Source: Myxococcota bacterium
GTDB taxonomy: Bacteria; Myxococcota_A; UBA796; SXON01
DNA: 64,000 nt
Reading direction: 5' to 3'
Assembly (NCBI GenBank): GCA_040386535.1
Contig: JAZKFH010000032.1
Coordinates: 224,001-288,000 of the forward strand
Shown here: piece by piece, positions 19,572-28,370 of the stretch
How the letters are laid out: the number at the start of each line of letters is the position of its first letter
Numbering within the stretch: the stretch's first letter is position 1
Program-made: the position numbers and the translations under genes
Notes under the pieces: generated by a model
What the model saw: the letters and a program-made list of their open reading frames with translations, nothing else
What the model was told of the DNA's origin: nothing
Database searches by the model: none

Positions 19572-20674
19572 TGTTCCCGTTGCTCCTCGCTTGTGTCCGA
19601 CCGGGCGCCGAGGACACCGACACGCCCGGCCCCGGCTCGGACGTCGTCACCTCGACCACGTACGAGGCGACCACCGACCGCGACGGCTACCTCACCATCC
19701 CGGTCGAGGTGACCGACGGCGCCGGCGTGTTCCAGGTCGTCGCCAAGCGCGGCCGCGGCATGCTCTCGACCGAGTATCTCTACGATCCTGAAGAGGAGCT
19801 GATCCTGGACTGGGAGGACTGGTACGACTCTAGCTTCTCGCTCACCGAGAGCTTCTTCCCCACCGAGTTCGCGACGACGTTCAACTGGCCCGTCCGCGCG
19901 GAGGACGGCCCCCTGGCCGAGGGTACCTACGAGGTGGTCATCTCCACCCTCGACGCCCAGGGCTACTACGCGGGCGGCGAGCGGGTGCAGGTCGAGGTGC
20001 TCACGCGCCGGGTGCCCGAGGCGGCACGCACGCTCCGGGCCGTCATCGCCTACGCGGACGGCGTGCGCGACGAGGCCGGCGTGGTCGAGGGCGTAGAGGC
20101 CTCCGCCGACTACTGGGTGGAGCTGTACGCGGCGGTCGGGATCACGCTGGAGGTCTCGTATGCGGACATCGACGTGGATGCGCAGCTGCCCGACACCTAC
20201 GAGGGGCTCTCGGAGGTGGCTGAGTTTCAGGAGGGGAGGGACGAGCGGAGCGTCTTGATGGTCGTCGGCGAGCGCATCGCGGACGATCGCTGGTTGTACG
20301 GCGAGGCCGGCGGCATCCCCGGCCCCTACGCCGCGGCGGATCACGGCGCCGTCTTCGTGTCCTGGCTCGCCAACGCGGGCGCGGACGGCGAGTTCCAGGA
20401 GGCCGACGTCCTCTTGTTTGGCGAGACCATGGCGCACGAGGTGGGGCACTACCTGGGCCTTTTCCACCCGGTCGAGGACGGGTTCGAGTACTGGGACGCG
20501 GTGTCGGACACGGAAGACTGCGCGTCGACCGGGGCGTGCGAGCGGGACCTGGGCGCCAACCTCATGTTCCCCTACCCCGTGTGCACGAGCGCCAGCGTCG
20601 GGTCGTGCGTGCGGCAGGACACCCTCACCGGCGGCCAGGCCGGGGTGTTGAGCGGGTGGGTGGGGGTCGAATGA
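19568..20674 (+). CDS. Metzincin zinc metalloprotease lipoprotein (M43-like)
   Basis: HEVGHYLGLFH motif and NLM Met-turn, plus LLAC lipobox. Confidence 0.85.
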   Translation: MMFPLLLACVRPGAEDTDTPGPGSDVVTSTTYEATTDRDGYLTIPVEVTDGAGVFQVVAKRGRGMLSTEYLYDPEEELILDWEDWYDSSFSLTESFFPTEFATTFNWPVRAEDGPLAEGTYEVVISTLDAQGYYAGGERVQVEVLTRRVPEAARTLRAVIAYADGVRDEAGVVEGVEASADYWVELYAAVGITLEVSYADIDVDAQLPDTYEGLSEVAEFQEGRDERSVLMVVGERIADDRWLYGEAGGIPGPYAAADHGAVFVSWLANAGADGEFQEADVLLFGETMAHEVGHYLGLFHPVEDGFEYWDAVSDTEDCASTGACERDLGANLMFPYPVCTSASVGSCVRQDTLTGGQAGVLSGWVGVE

Positions 20675-20687
20675 TGTGGAGGGTGCA

Positions 20688-21113
20688 ATGTTGATCGCGC
20701 TGGTCGGGATGGCGTTCGCGGGTGGCGCTTACGACGTGCTGAAGCTTCGGGACGGGGGATCGTGCTTGGAGTTGGGGACCGGGCCTGCGGTGCGGGACGA
20801 GCTCATCGCGCTCGCGGAGGGCGACGTGTTGCCCTACGTGTCGATTCGGGCGGCGGACTGCCTGGTTGCCGGATTTTCGGGGGATGCGGTGGTGGTCGAC
20901 GCTGCGGCGCGCTGGGTGGCTGATCCTGGGCTCTCAGGACTGGGCATCGTGGTCGCTGGGTCTGTGGACTCGTTTTCGGTTTCGGATGGGGTCGTGCTTG
21001 CGCAGGCGGCGCTGGGGGGGGATGACCCCGGGATGCGCGCTCGGATGATCCGGCGTTTTGCGCGGAGTGAGCGAATCGAGGTTCGGAAAGTGGTTGACGG
21101 GGTGAAGCCGTAG
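20688..21113 (+). CDS. Hypothetical secreted protein
   Basis: GGAGG RBS and AFA signal-peptide-like end. Confidence 0.6.
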   Translation: MLIALVGMAFAGGAYDVLKLRDGGSCLELGTGPAVRDELIALAEGDVLPYVSIRAADCLVAGFSGDAVVVDAAARWVADPGLSGLGIVVAGSVDSFSVSDGVVLAQAALGGDDPGMRARMIRRFARSERIEVRKVVDGVKP

Positions 21114-21132
21114 GGGTACATGGCTCCCGCAT

Positions 21133-21209
21133 TCCCGCTTAGCTCAGTTGGTTAGAGCATCGGACTGTTAATCCGGGGGTCGGTGGTTCAAGTCCACCAG
21201 CGGGAGCCA
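21133..21209 (+). tRNA. tRNA-Asn(GTT)
   Basis: Acceptor stem TCCCGCT/AGCGGGA, D arm GCTC/GAGC, anticodon loop CT-GTT-AA, T arm GGTGG-TTCAAGT-CCACC, encoded CCA. Confidence 0.98.
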
Positions 21210-21256
21210 TCTTTCCAAATCGAACAGTTATCAGCCTTCCACCGTATTTGTTCAAT

Positions 21257-21282
21257 TCAAGCAGCACCCGACCGCTGCTTGA
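21257..21282 (+). terminator. Hairpin downstream of the tRNA
   Basis: Perfect 9-bp inverted repeat TCAAGCAGC/GCTGCTTGA with an 8-nt loop. Confidence 0.45.
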
Positions 21283-21435
21283 TCGGAAGCACGGAAATCC
21301 CGACGGGCGGCAGGGCAAAGCTCGATTCTCCCGGGTTCGAACACACCCCATCCGGTAAGGAGTCGCGCGCCCCGAACTCGGGCGATAGGCCGCCTCGGTC
21401 GCTCCCTTCCCCGGCATCCAGGACCGGACGCGCCT

Positions 21436-21760
21436 GGCGATCATCAACGGTGCCCACGATGCGCCGACGTGCTCGCCTGCGAGACAGCCCTCGAGGAGAG
21501 CTTCGACCACGTCCTACACGTCGGGCACTTCGGGATCTGGCCGCCCCCGAGCGCCTTGACCGTGCGACCCGAGCCCATAACGGCGCCGGCGACTTCCCGC
21601 GCTGGTCCGCCGCCCGCACGTCCGCGCCCCGCCCCACGCTTTCAGCTCCGGGAACCACGAGGACTTCAGTTCCTGGCAAGCCTCCGGGAGGACGAGGCGC
21701 TGCCACTCTCCAGCCGCCCCCATCAGGAGCGCGTCGATATCGACGTGTCAGCGGTGCGGT
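21436..21760 (+). pseudogene. Frameshifted calcineurin-like metallophosphoesterase remnant
   Basis: Ordered motifs across different frames: GD(I)NG, VLHVGHFGIWP, ERLDRATRAHNGAGDF..APRPTL, GNHED (21650-21664). Ends are approximate. Confidence 0.65.
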
Positions 21761-22179
21761 CGGTCTCAACGCGGTCAGCCGCCCTGGGAACGTCGTCGCG
21801 TCCGACCCGCCGGAGCTTCCGGGACGCCGTCCGCCAGCGTCTCCGGACACCACGGCAACCGCCACGCAGCCCGCGGGGGGCATAATGCCCTCATGCCCTC
21901 CCGGTTGCCCTGCACACACCCACAGGCCGACAAGGCAGAGTTCTACCGCGAAGTCCTGGCGACGTTCCGAGACGGCGGTTCGCGCCTACAAACCCACCTG
22001 GTCCAGCCGCGGTGGTGAGGCAGCTCCCCCGCGCCTGCGGCCAGACCGTAGGCTGCGCCGTCTCCCTTGAGAATCTCGCCTTTCTCGGCGTCATCGCCAC
22101 ACCGTCGCGATGCGAAGTACCACCGCGTGGAGTAGGCGTCGCGGGAGCGGTCATCCCGCGATCCGCGCGACGGAGCACG

Positions 22180-23772
22180 GTGTTCCTCCTCGGCGCGCTG
22201 CTCCTCGCCGGGCCCGGCTGTCCGCACCCCGCGCCCCCCGACACCGCGCCGCACACTCCCTCAGCCGGGCTCGGCCCACCCGACGCCTTCGGCGTCCGCG
22301 CCCGGCCCGACAACGTGCTCGTGCCGCGGGCCTCGCTCGTGCACAGACAGGGGCCGGACACCTTCCTCCTCGTCGACGGTGCGCTCTGGCTCCATCGCGA
22401 CCGGACGGGCCTCCTCGGCGCGATGGGCCTCCGGCGGGGCGATACCCTCCTCACCTGCGCCGGCGAGGAGGTTGCCGACGTCCTGGCGGCCGACGCCTGC
22501 TTCGCCCGCTTCTTCACCGACGACGCGGTGCGGCTCCAAGTGCAGCGCAACGCCACGCCGCGCACCCTTTACCTCGTCTTCGACGGGCCGCCGATCCCCG
22601 CGCCGCGCCGCGCGCTCGCCGCGCTCGACACCGAGCCGGTGCCCATTGTCGAGCGTCCGCCCGACCGGGAAAGCCTCGCGGTCGCCTACGGTCTCGTCCG
22701 CGCCGGCACCAGCGCCCGCATGCCCCGCGGGGCGCTCGTCCGGCTCCTCGACGACGGCGTCCACGTTCGGCCCCTCCGCGCCGAGGGCGCCATCGTGGCC
22801 TACGAGGTCGAGAGCCCCGTCCTCGCCGCGCTGGGTTGGACGGGCGCGACGTCGCGCGTGGACGAGCTGGCACTCACCTCCGACGAAGCCGTGGCCGACG
22901 CGCTCGCACGACTGTTCTCGGCGGACCGGGTGCTCGTCACCCCGACGGACGGGGGTGCGCCGCTGACGATCACCCTCGAGGGCTCGCCCACTGCCCCCCC
23001 GGCGCTCTGGAAACCCCGCGTCGTGGTGGACGCCCGGGAACGACGGAGCCGCGACGGCGTGCGGATCGACGGGGCGCACAGATACGTGCCGCGCGCGGCG
23101 CTTACGTCCCTCGACGCGATCGCGCGCGACGAATCGCCCCGCCGGGGCGGCCCTCCCGAGGACGTGCCCGGACCGGTCACGGTGTACCGCGCGCTCGGCG
23201 GGACCGTGGCCGACCTCCTCGACCTCCCCTGGGACGCGCCCCTGGAGCGGATGGACGGAGTGGCGGTGTACGGCGCCACGAGCCTCACGGCGCTCCGTCG
23301 TCGGCTGCTCACCGGCGCGGAGGTCAGTATAGAGCTCGGCGGGGCCACGCCGAAGCGCGTGCTCGTCCATGTGGAGGGCGAGCCGGTTGTCCTCCCCGAC
23401 GACTGGCCCGCCCGCCGCCGCGGTGCGCCCGAGCTCGCCCCGGACCCGCTCGACGAACACTTCGTCCGTGACGGGGACACGGTGCGAACGAGCCGCCTCG
23501 CGCTCCGGAGCGTGTTCTCGGACCCCTTGTCCGGCCACCCGCACCAGGACGGCGTCCGCCTTGCTCCCAACGTGCTCTGGGGCGCGCTGGACGTGCCTAT
23601 CCCCGCGGTCCTGACGGCGGTGGACGGCACTCCTGCGACGGACCCCACAGCCCTCGAGGACCTCGGCACGCGCCTCTGCACGGCGCCGCGGGTCACCCTG
23701 ACCCTCGTCGTCCGCGGCGAGGTGTTCCAGCGTGTCGTGGTGATCGACGGCCCGCCAGCGACGCCGCCGTGA
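22180..23772 (+). CDS. Hypothetical exported protein with about 4 degenerate PDZ-like (GspC C-terminus-like) repeats
   Basis: MGLRRGDTLLTCAG, LERMDG and VLTAVDG...VTLTLVVRGE segments. Start is estimated. Confidence 0.55.
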   Translation: MFLLGALLLAGPGCPHPAPPDTAPHTPSAGLGPPDAFGVRARPDNVLVPRASLVHRQGPDTFLLVDGALWLHRDRTGLLGAMGLRRGDTLLTCAGEEVADVLAADACFARFFTDDAVRLQVQRNATPRTLYLVFDGPPIPAPRRALAALDTEPVPIVERPPDRESLAVAYGLVRAGTSARMPRGALVRLLDDGVHVRPLRAEGAIVAYEVESPVLAALGWTGATSRVDELALTSDEAVADALARLFSADRVLVTPTDGGAPLTITLEGSPTAPPALWKPRVVVDARERRSRDGVRIDGAHRYVPRAALTSLDAIARDESPRRGGPPEDVPGPVTVYRALGGTVADLLDLPWDAPLERMDGVAVYGATSLTALRRRLLTGAEVSIELGGATPKRVLVHVEGEPVVLPDDWPARRRGAPELAPDPLDEHFVRDGDTVRTSRLALRSVFSDPLSGHPHQDGVRLAPNVLWGALDVPIPAVLTAVDGTPATDPTALEDLGTRLCTAPRVTLTLVVRGEVFQRVVVIDGPPATPP

Positions 23773-24236
23773 AGGGATCCGGTCCCCGGGGCGTGGGCTG
23801 CTACCTCGTCTGGCGGAGAGGCCCCCTCGCGCTCCGGATCCTGGCCTCCACGCTGGGCGCGGTCGCGGCAGGCCTCGTGGCCGCGCGCCTGCTTCAGCCC
23901 CTCTCGCTACGACTGACCCTCGCGGGGTTGGCGGTCCTCGCCATCGCGACCACCGCGGCCCTCTGGCGCGCCTGGCGACACGCGCGCACCACCGTCCGTG
24001 CCGTGGTCGGCCCCGCGGGGCTCTCGCTCGAGCCGGTGCGCGGCGGCCCGCCGTACACTTGGCGATGGGGCGAGGTGCGACTCGTCCGCACGCGTGACGA
24101 CGACGACGGCACCCTCACCCTGACGGCCACACGAACCGGCACGTTGCTCCTGAGCCACGACGGCACCACGCCCCTCGACGTGCTCGTTCAGGCCATCCGC
24201 GCGCACGGAGGGCATGTGGAGGAGGATCTCAGTTGA
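23769..24236 (+). CDS. Hypothetical membrane protein (2 TM plus soluble domain)
   Basis: Two hydrophobic helices and GTGA overlap with the upstream gene. Confidence 0.6.
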   Translation: MKGSGPRGVGCYLVWRRGPLALRILASTLGAVAAGLVAARLLQPLSLRLTLAGLAVLAIATTAALWRAWRHARTTVRAVVGPAGLSLEPVRGGPPYTWRWGEVRLVRTRDDDDGTLTLTATRTGTLLLSHDGTTPLDVLVQAIRAHGGHVEEDLS

Positions 24237-25425
24237 ACGGCGCGTAGAAATCCGGCGCGGCGGCACCAGCCCCCGCGATCGTCGCCTCCGCCGCGGTCAT
24301 CTGCGCGTCCACCGTGGCGGCGGCAGCGGCGAACTTGGCGAGCCCCTCCGCCTGAGCGGCGATCGCCTCCTTGTTTTCCTGGTAGAACGCCATGTCCGCT
24401 CCGTACTGGTCACGCACGGCGCGGGCGTGCTCCGCGAGATCCACCATGAGCGCGTAGTCCTTTACAGTCGGTCCCAGGTCCACGATGAGCTGGCACGTGT
24501 TCACCAGCATGGCGAGCTCGCCCCAAGCCATCGCGAACGGGTCGGTCCCCGCGAGCAGCCGCGTGTACTCGCTGACGGCCGCAAACCCGACCGACTTCAC
24601 GGCCTTCACGGTCGCCCACGGGCTCTTGGGCTCGGTCGTGACGGCGAGCAGTGCGTTGCCCAGGGTCCATACCCGCTTCAGATTGCCCTTCGCCTTCAGC
24701 GTCTTGTCCAGCGGGCCCATCAGCATCGACGCGGACTGCTTGAGGACCGCATTGCGGTTGGCCTCGAAGCTCTCCTTTCGGTCCTCGAACAAAGTACAGA
24801 GGAGCTCGAGCTGGCGGTATCCCGACTCGGAACGAATCCGGAGCCCGTCCAGCGCCCCGGCGCCAATCTGGGCGAACACCGCCAGCCCCGCCAGCAGCGG
24901 CTCCACCGACTTTGCGTCCAGGAGCTGCTCCACCGCCGTAAGCACTTCGATCGCGGCCTCCGCGCGCCCCTGCACCACGAGGACCTGCACTTCCAGTAAC
25001 GCCGACCAGGTGAGCTCCCCGCTCTCGTCCCGCTCGGCGGAGGCCAGGAGCGCGACCCCCTTGTCGTTGAGGAGCCCGTTGAGGTTCAGGGCACCATCCG
25101 CGTGCCGACAGTAGGTCGCCTCCAGTTCGGGATCGCGGAGCTCCGAGAGGCGCGCGGCGACCCTCCCCACGTGCCGCGTGATGTCCGACATCAGCGCGTC
25201 GACGTCTTCCTGCGCACCCTCTCCGAGCACCTCGTCCAAGGTGACGTCGAGCCCGCACGCCTCGTCGCCAAGGGCGCAGTCGGGGGGAGCCGCAGGGAGC
25301 CGCCCCTGCATCACCTGGTTCGAGCGCGCCGCCGACGCGCGCTGTGGAGCGGCCGCCTCCTGCCCCACCGACGCCTCGACGGCGGGCGCCACGGCGGCTC
25401 CCCGCGGCGCGTACGATCGACCCAT
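24229..25425 (-). CDS. Hypothetical helical protein (398 aa), possible effector/toxin
   Basis: Long ORF with coding-like composition, GAAGG upstream of the ATG, N-terminal SNQVMQGRL motif. Confidence 0.75.
   Translation of the reverse strand: MGRSYAPRGAAVAPAVEASVGQEAAAPQRASAARSNQVMQGRLPAAPPDCALGDEACGLDVTLDEVLGEGAQEDVDALMSDITRHVGRVAARLSELRDPELEATYCRHADGALNLNGLLNDKGVALLASAERDESGELTWSALLEVQVLVVQGRAEAAIEVLTAVEQLLDAKSVEPLLAGLAVFAQIGAGALDGLRIRSESGYRQLELLCTLFEDRKESFEANRNAVLKQSASMLMGPLDKTLKAKGNLKRVWTLGNALLAVTTEPKSPWATVKAVKSVGFAAVSEYTRLLAGTDPFAMAWGELAMLVNTCQLIVDLGPTVKDYALMVDLAEHARAVRDQYGADMAFYQENKEAIAAQAEGLAKFAAAAATVDAQMTAAEATIAGAGAAAPDFYAPFN
24824..24853. repeat. 30-bp direct repeat, copy 1
   Basis: GACTCGGAACGAATCCGGAGCCCGTCCAGC, identical to 28755-28784. 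Confidence 0.95.
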
Positions 25426-25768
25426 TCATCACCTTCCACTTGGTTGGATCCCCATCCTACCAGACGCGCAATCGCAACACCTGCACTCGCGACGATTTAG
25501 AGGGACGCGGGGTCTCCACCCTGGTGGAGGCCCCGGCTTGACCTGGCTCCTCGCGCAAGCTCCGCCCGCAGAAGTGCACGCGCCAGCACCGGACGTGCCC
25601 GAGGCGGTGAAGGTGTCCCGCTCATTCCCTTCTACTCGCAGGCAGCGCCCGCCCGACAGGAGGGCGGCAGGCCTTCACGTCCCGGTAGTCGACCCAAAGC
25701 GCAACTTCAACAGGCTTCTTGCGAGTTCGAGCGCGCCGCTCATTCGCGGTGACTGGGCCCTCCGCCCC

Positions 25769-26671
25769 TCACTCACTCCACGGCCCCCCGGCGGGCCACG
25801 CGGCCCCGAGCACGGGCGCGTGGGCCGATCCGACCGGCCAGAGAAACTCCATGTTTACCTTGACGACGTCGTCGAGCGAGACGCTGCCGGACACGCGAGC
25901 CTTCCTGGCGAACGCCTGCCACTGGACGGCCTTCCCGGCGTCGGCGGCGAACTCCTGGGTCAGGGCGACCGGCGGCTCGGAGGGCAGCGGCGTTTCGCGA
26001 CGCTGGAAAGTGGCGCGGATCGCGGCGGCGAGGCGATCGCCGTCGAACGCGAACGTCATCGCGAGGTACCACACGTCGTAGAAGTCCTTCATCCGGCTGT
26101 TGGTGATCCCGAGGGTCGCCATCGCGGCGTACTTTTCCGCGATGGCCACCTCTCGCGGGTAGGCGCGCATCGCCGTGACGGGCAGGCCGGCGAGCAGGCA
26201 GGGCACAGTCGTGCGCTCGGGCGCCGGCAGGACGGAGTCGCCAAACCCGACGTCCACCTGCATGTTCAGCCGGGCGTTCGCCAGCTTGCCCCGGATGAGG
26301 ATGCGGATCCCCCCGTAGTGGATCTCTTTGCGGATCGACTCGCTGCGGACGGAGGACGGGTCAAACACGAGTCCATCCTCGGGGATCTCGATGGCGGCGA
26401 CCTCGCGGAACACCGCTTCCATGTGCTCTGCCGACGCATCGCCGTAGCCGAGCAGATCGATGTCCTTCGTCGCGCGGTGCGGCTTTCCCGTCCAGATGGT
26501 GAAGAGCGTCGCGCCCTTGAGCACGAACTGGTCCGCGTGCGGCGATCGGGCCAGGCGGCACAGGAGCCGCTCGTTCGCGTACTCGTCGAGGAGGGTCTGG
26601 AAGTCACCGCCGCGCGTAGCGATGAGGTTGGCGAGCCGGGCACGGACGGATGCCGCCGAGTTCGTGGTCAT
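25769..26671 (-). CDS. abiEii: AbiEii/AbiGii-family nucleotidyltransferase, type IV TA toxin
   Basis: ASVRARL, ERLLCRL, FVLKGA, RATKDIDL, DVGFGD, AEK and NSRMKDFYD motifs. Confidence 0.93.
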   Translation of the reverse strand: MTTNSAASVRARLANLIATRGGDFQTLLDEYANERLLCRLARSPHADQFVLKGATLFTIWTGKPHRATKDIDLLGYGDASAEHMEAVFREVAAIEIPEDGLVFDPSSVRSESIRKEIHYGGIRILIRGKLANARLNMQVDVGFGDSVLPAPERTTVPCLLAGLPVTAMRAYPREVAIAEKYAAMATLGITNSRMKDFYDVWYLAMTFAFDGDRLAAAIRATFQRRETPLPSEPPVALTQEFAADAGKAVQWQAFARKARVSGSVSLDDVVKVNMEFLWPVGSAHAPVLGAAWPAGGPWSE

Positions 26672-27279
26672 GACAGGGCCTCGAGGTACGGGCGGAGTAC
26701 GGACCAGACGCGGACGCGGCGTGCGCAACGCCAGAGTTCATCCCTGCACGACGGCTGACGCCGCAGGAGGTCGCGAAGGGCCTCAAGGGCGACATCCAGC
26801 CCCACGGCCGAGCGGTGGCGGAAGCACTCGGCGACCGTCCGTATTGCGCTGTACACGCGCACGTGCACGCCCTCGACGACGTGCTCCTCTATGTCCGCGC
26901 CGTACAGCGCCGGGGACGCGGTGATGACGCGCAGCCGGGTGCTGCCGACCGAGGCGGGCCGCCATGCTTCCCGAGGGAGCATCACCCACACCTCGCTGGG
27001 GTTCTGCGTCGTGAGTTCGTGGTACCGAAGCGCGGACAGCAGGCAGACCACCGCGGCGGGCACCCGGCGGGAGACCTCCGCGAGCGTGTGATGCTCGGTC
27101 AGCTCGGCGTCGGGATGCGTGTAGGTGCCGCGGCCTGTCTGGATGAGAAGGCCGCGGTGGACGAGTCGGGAGAGGTAGGCACGCGGGATCGCGGCCTCGT
27201 CCAGGTCGGACGCACGGATGACCCCGCGCTCTCGGGCGAGGGCGAGGAGCTGGTCGACCTTCGTGCTCGCGTGGGCCAT
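26668..27279 (-). CDS. abiEi: AbiEi-family type IV TA antitoxin
   Basis: N-terminal wHTH (LSRLVHRGLL..GRGTY), CLLSALRYHELTTQNP, RTVAECFR and RPYLEAL. ATGA coupling to the toxin. Confidence 0.93.
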   Translation of the reverse strand: MAHASTKVDQLLALARERGVIRASDLDEAAIPRAYLSRLVHRGLLIQTGRGTYTHPDAELTEHHTLAEVSRRVPAAVVCLLSALRYHELTTQNPSEVWVMLPREAWRPASVGSTRLRVITASPALYGADIEEHVVEGVHVRVYSAIRTVAECFRHRSAVGLDVALEALRDLLRRQPSCRDELWRCARRVRVWSVLRPYLEALS

Positions 27280-27383
27280 GATACGAAAGCTTATCACATC
27301 GACGACACTATGGATGATTCGTATCCATCGGCTGGCTACGGTCCCGCCACGACTGACTCTATGTAGAGAGGATTCGTATCATG
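27277..27383. promoter_or_regulatory. Candidate abiE operator repeats
   Basis: CATGATACGAA (27277) is inverted relative to TTCGTATCATG (27373). GATTCGTATC occurs at 27316 and 27371. The region is AT-richer than its flanks. Confidence 0.5.
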
Positions 27384-27816
27384 AATGGTTCGCACTCTCC
27401 ATGGGGCCTACACCGACCCGTCCCCGCATAGACGCGTGCGACCGGCAAGCCGGTGCCCGGGCTGCGTCGCCCCTTTGGCCCGTGAGGAGGAGCGGCTTGT
27501 GCTGGAGAGCCACGAGACGGCGGTAGTGGGGGATGCGGCCGTCGAGGCTCGGGTGGACCTGCCACCGGTGGTCGGGCCGCTCCGGCTGAACGGCCGCGAC
27601 GGAGCCAGGCGGGCCGCTGCCCCTGGTCTCTGGCCTGAGCCGTACAATTCAAGCGCCGTCCCCCAAACGGTCCAACCTCCCATATCTCGAAGCTACCCCT
27701 GCTTGATCAAGTTCGAACCGCCCCGTTCAGCCCACCCTCGCCTCGCGCGCGCCGTCGGGGAAGACCACGGGGAAGATCTCCATTTGTACCCGTTCTTCCT
27801 CATCCGGGGACGGCAA

Positions 27817-27889
27817 GAAAGCCGGCGTTCCCCCACGTAGCCCCGTCCGCCCCACGGACGACCCCTACTTGATGGAATCGCCGGCTTTC
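27817..27889. other. Long imperfect hairpin
   Basis: Outer stem GAAAGCCGGCG/CGCCGGCTTTC with nested TTCC/GGAA, GTAG/CTAC and CGTCCG/CGGACG. Confidence 0.6.
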
Positions 27890-27893
27890 CTCG

Positions 27894-28370
27894 TTACAGC
27901 GCCTTCTCGGCTCGTTCCGCCGCATTCAAGCGAGCCGCCAGCTGCATCAGCGAATCGCCTGCGCTTCTATGAGTCCCCCGCCGCCCGGGCGCGGACCACC
28001 TCGGCCGCGGACGAAGCGCGGGCCAGGCCTGGGGCGCGGTCGCCTCGACGAAGTCGAACAGGTCCGCGAGGAGCGCGTCCATCTCGGCGCGGCTGAGCAC
28101 CACCGAGGCGTCCCGGAAGGTCCCGGTGACGAGGACTCCCTCGAAGGGCTCGTCGTCCGGGTCCCGGTCGTCGTGGTAGCCGCTGTGGGCAGGCTCGTGG
28201 CCAAAACCTACCTGCCGCGCGGCGCAATCCGCGAGGACGGGCAGGCGTGACCACGTCAACATTCCCAGCCAATCCTCGAGGATCTCCGCGCCTTCCCCCG
28301 AGGTGGACACCGCGCACACGCGGCTCGGGTAGGTCGAGGGCGAGAAGCGGACACGAGATTGGCGAGTCAT
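27894..28370 (-). CDS. Putative CdiI-like toxin immunity protein
   Basis: VGFG...DDRDPDDEPFEGV...VVLS motif resembles immunity proteins of EndoU-type CdiA-CTs. Lies directly downstream of the toxin-like fragment. Confidence 0.55.
   Translation of the reverse strand: MTRQSRVRFSPSTYPSRVCAVSTSGEGAEILEDWLGMLTWSRLPVLADCAARQVGFGHEPAHSGYHDDRDPDDEPFEGVLVTGTFRDASVVLSRAEMDALLADLFDFVEATAPQAWPALRPRPRWSAPGRRGTHRSAGDSLMQLAARLNAAERAEKAL

Noticed and set aside
27817..27900. Hairpin as an integron attC site
   Set aside because: No proper RYYYAAC/GTTRRRY pair and no integron integrase in the window.
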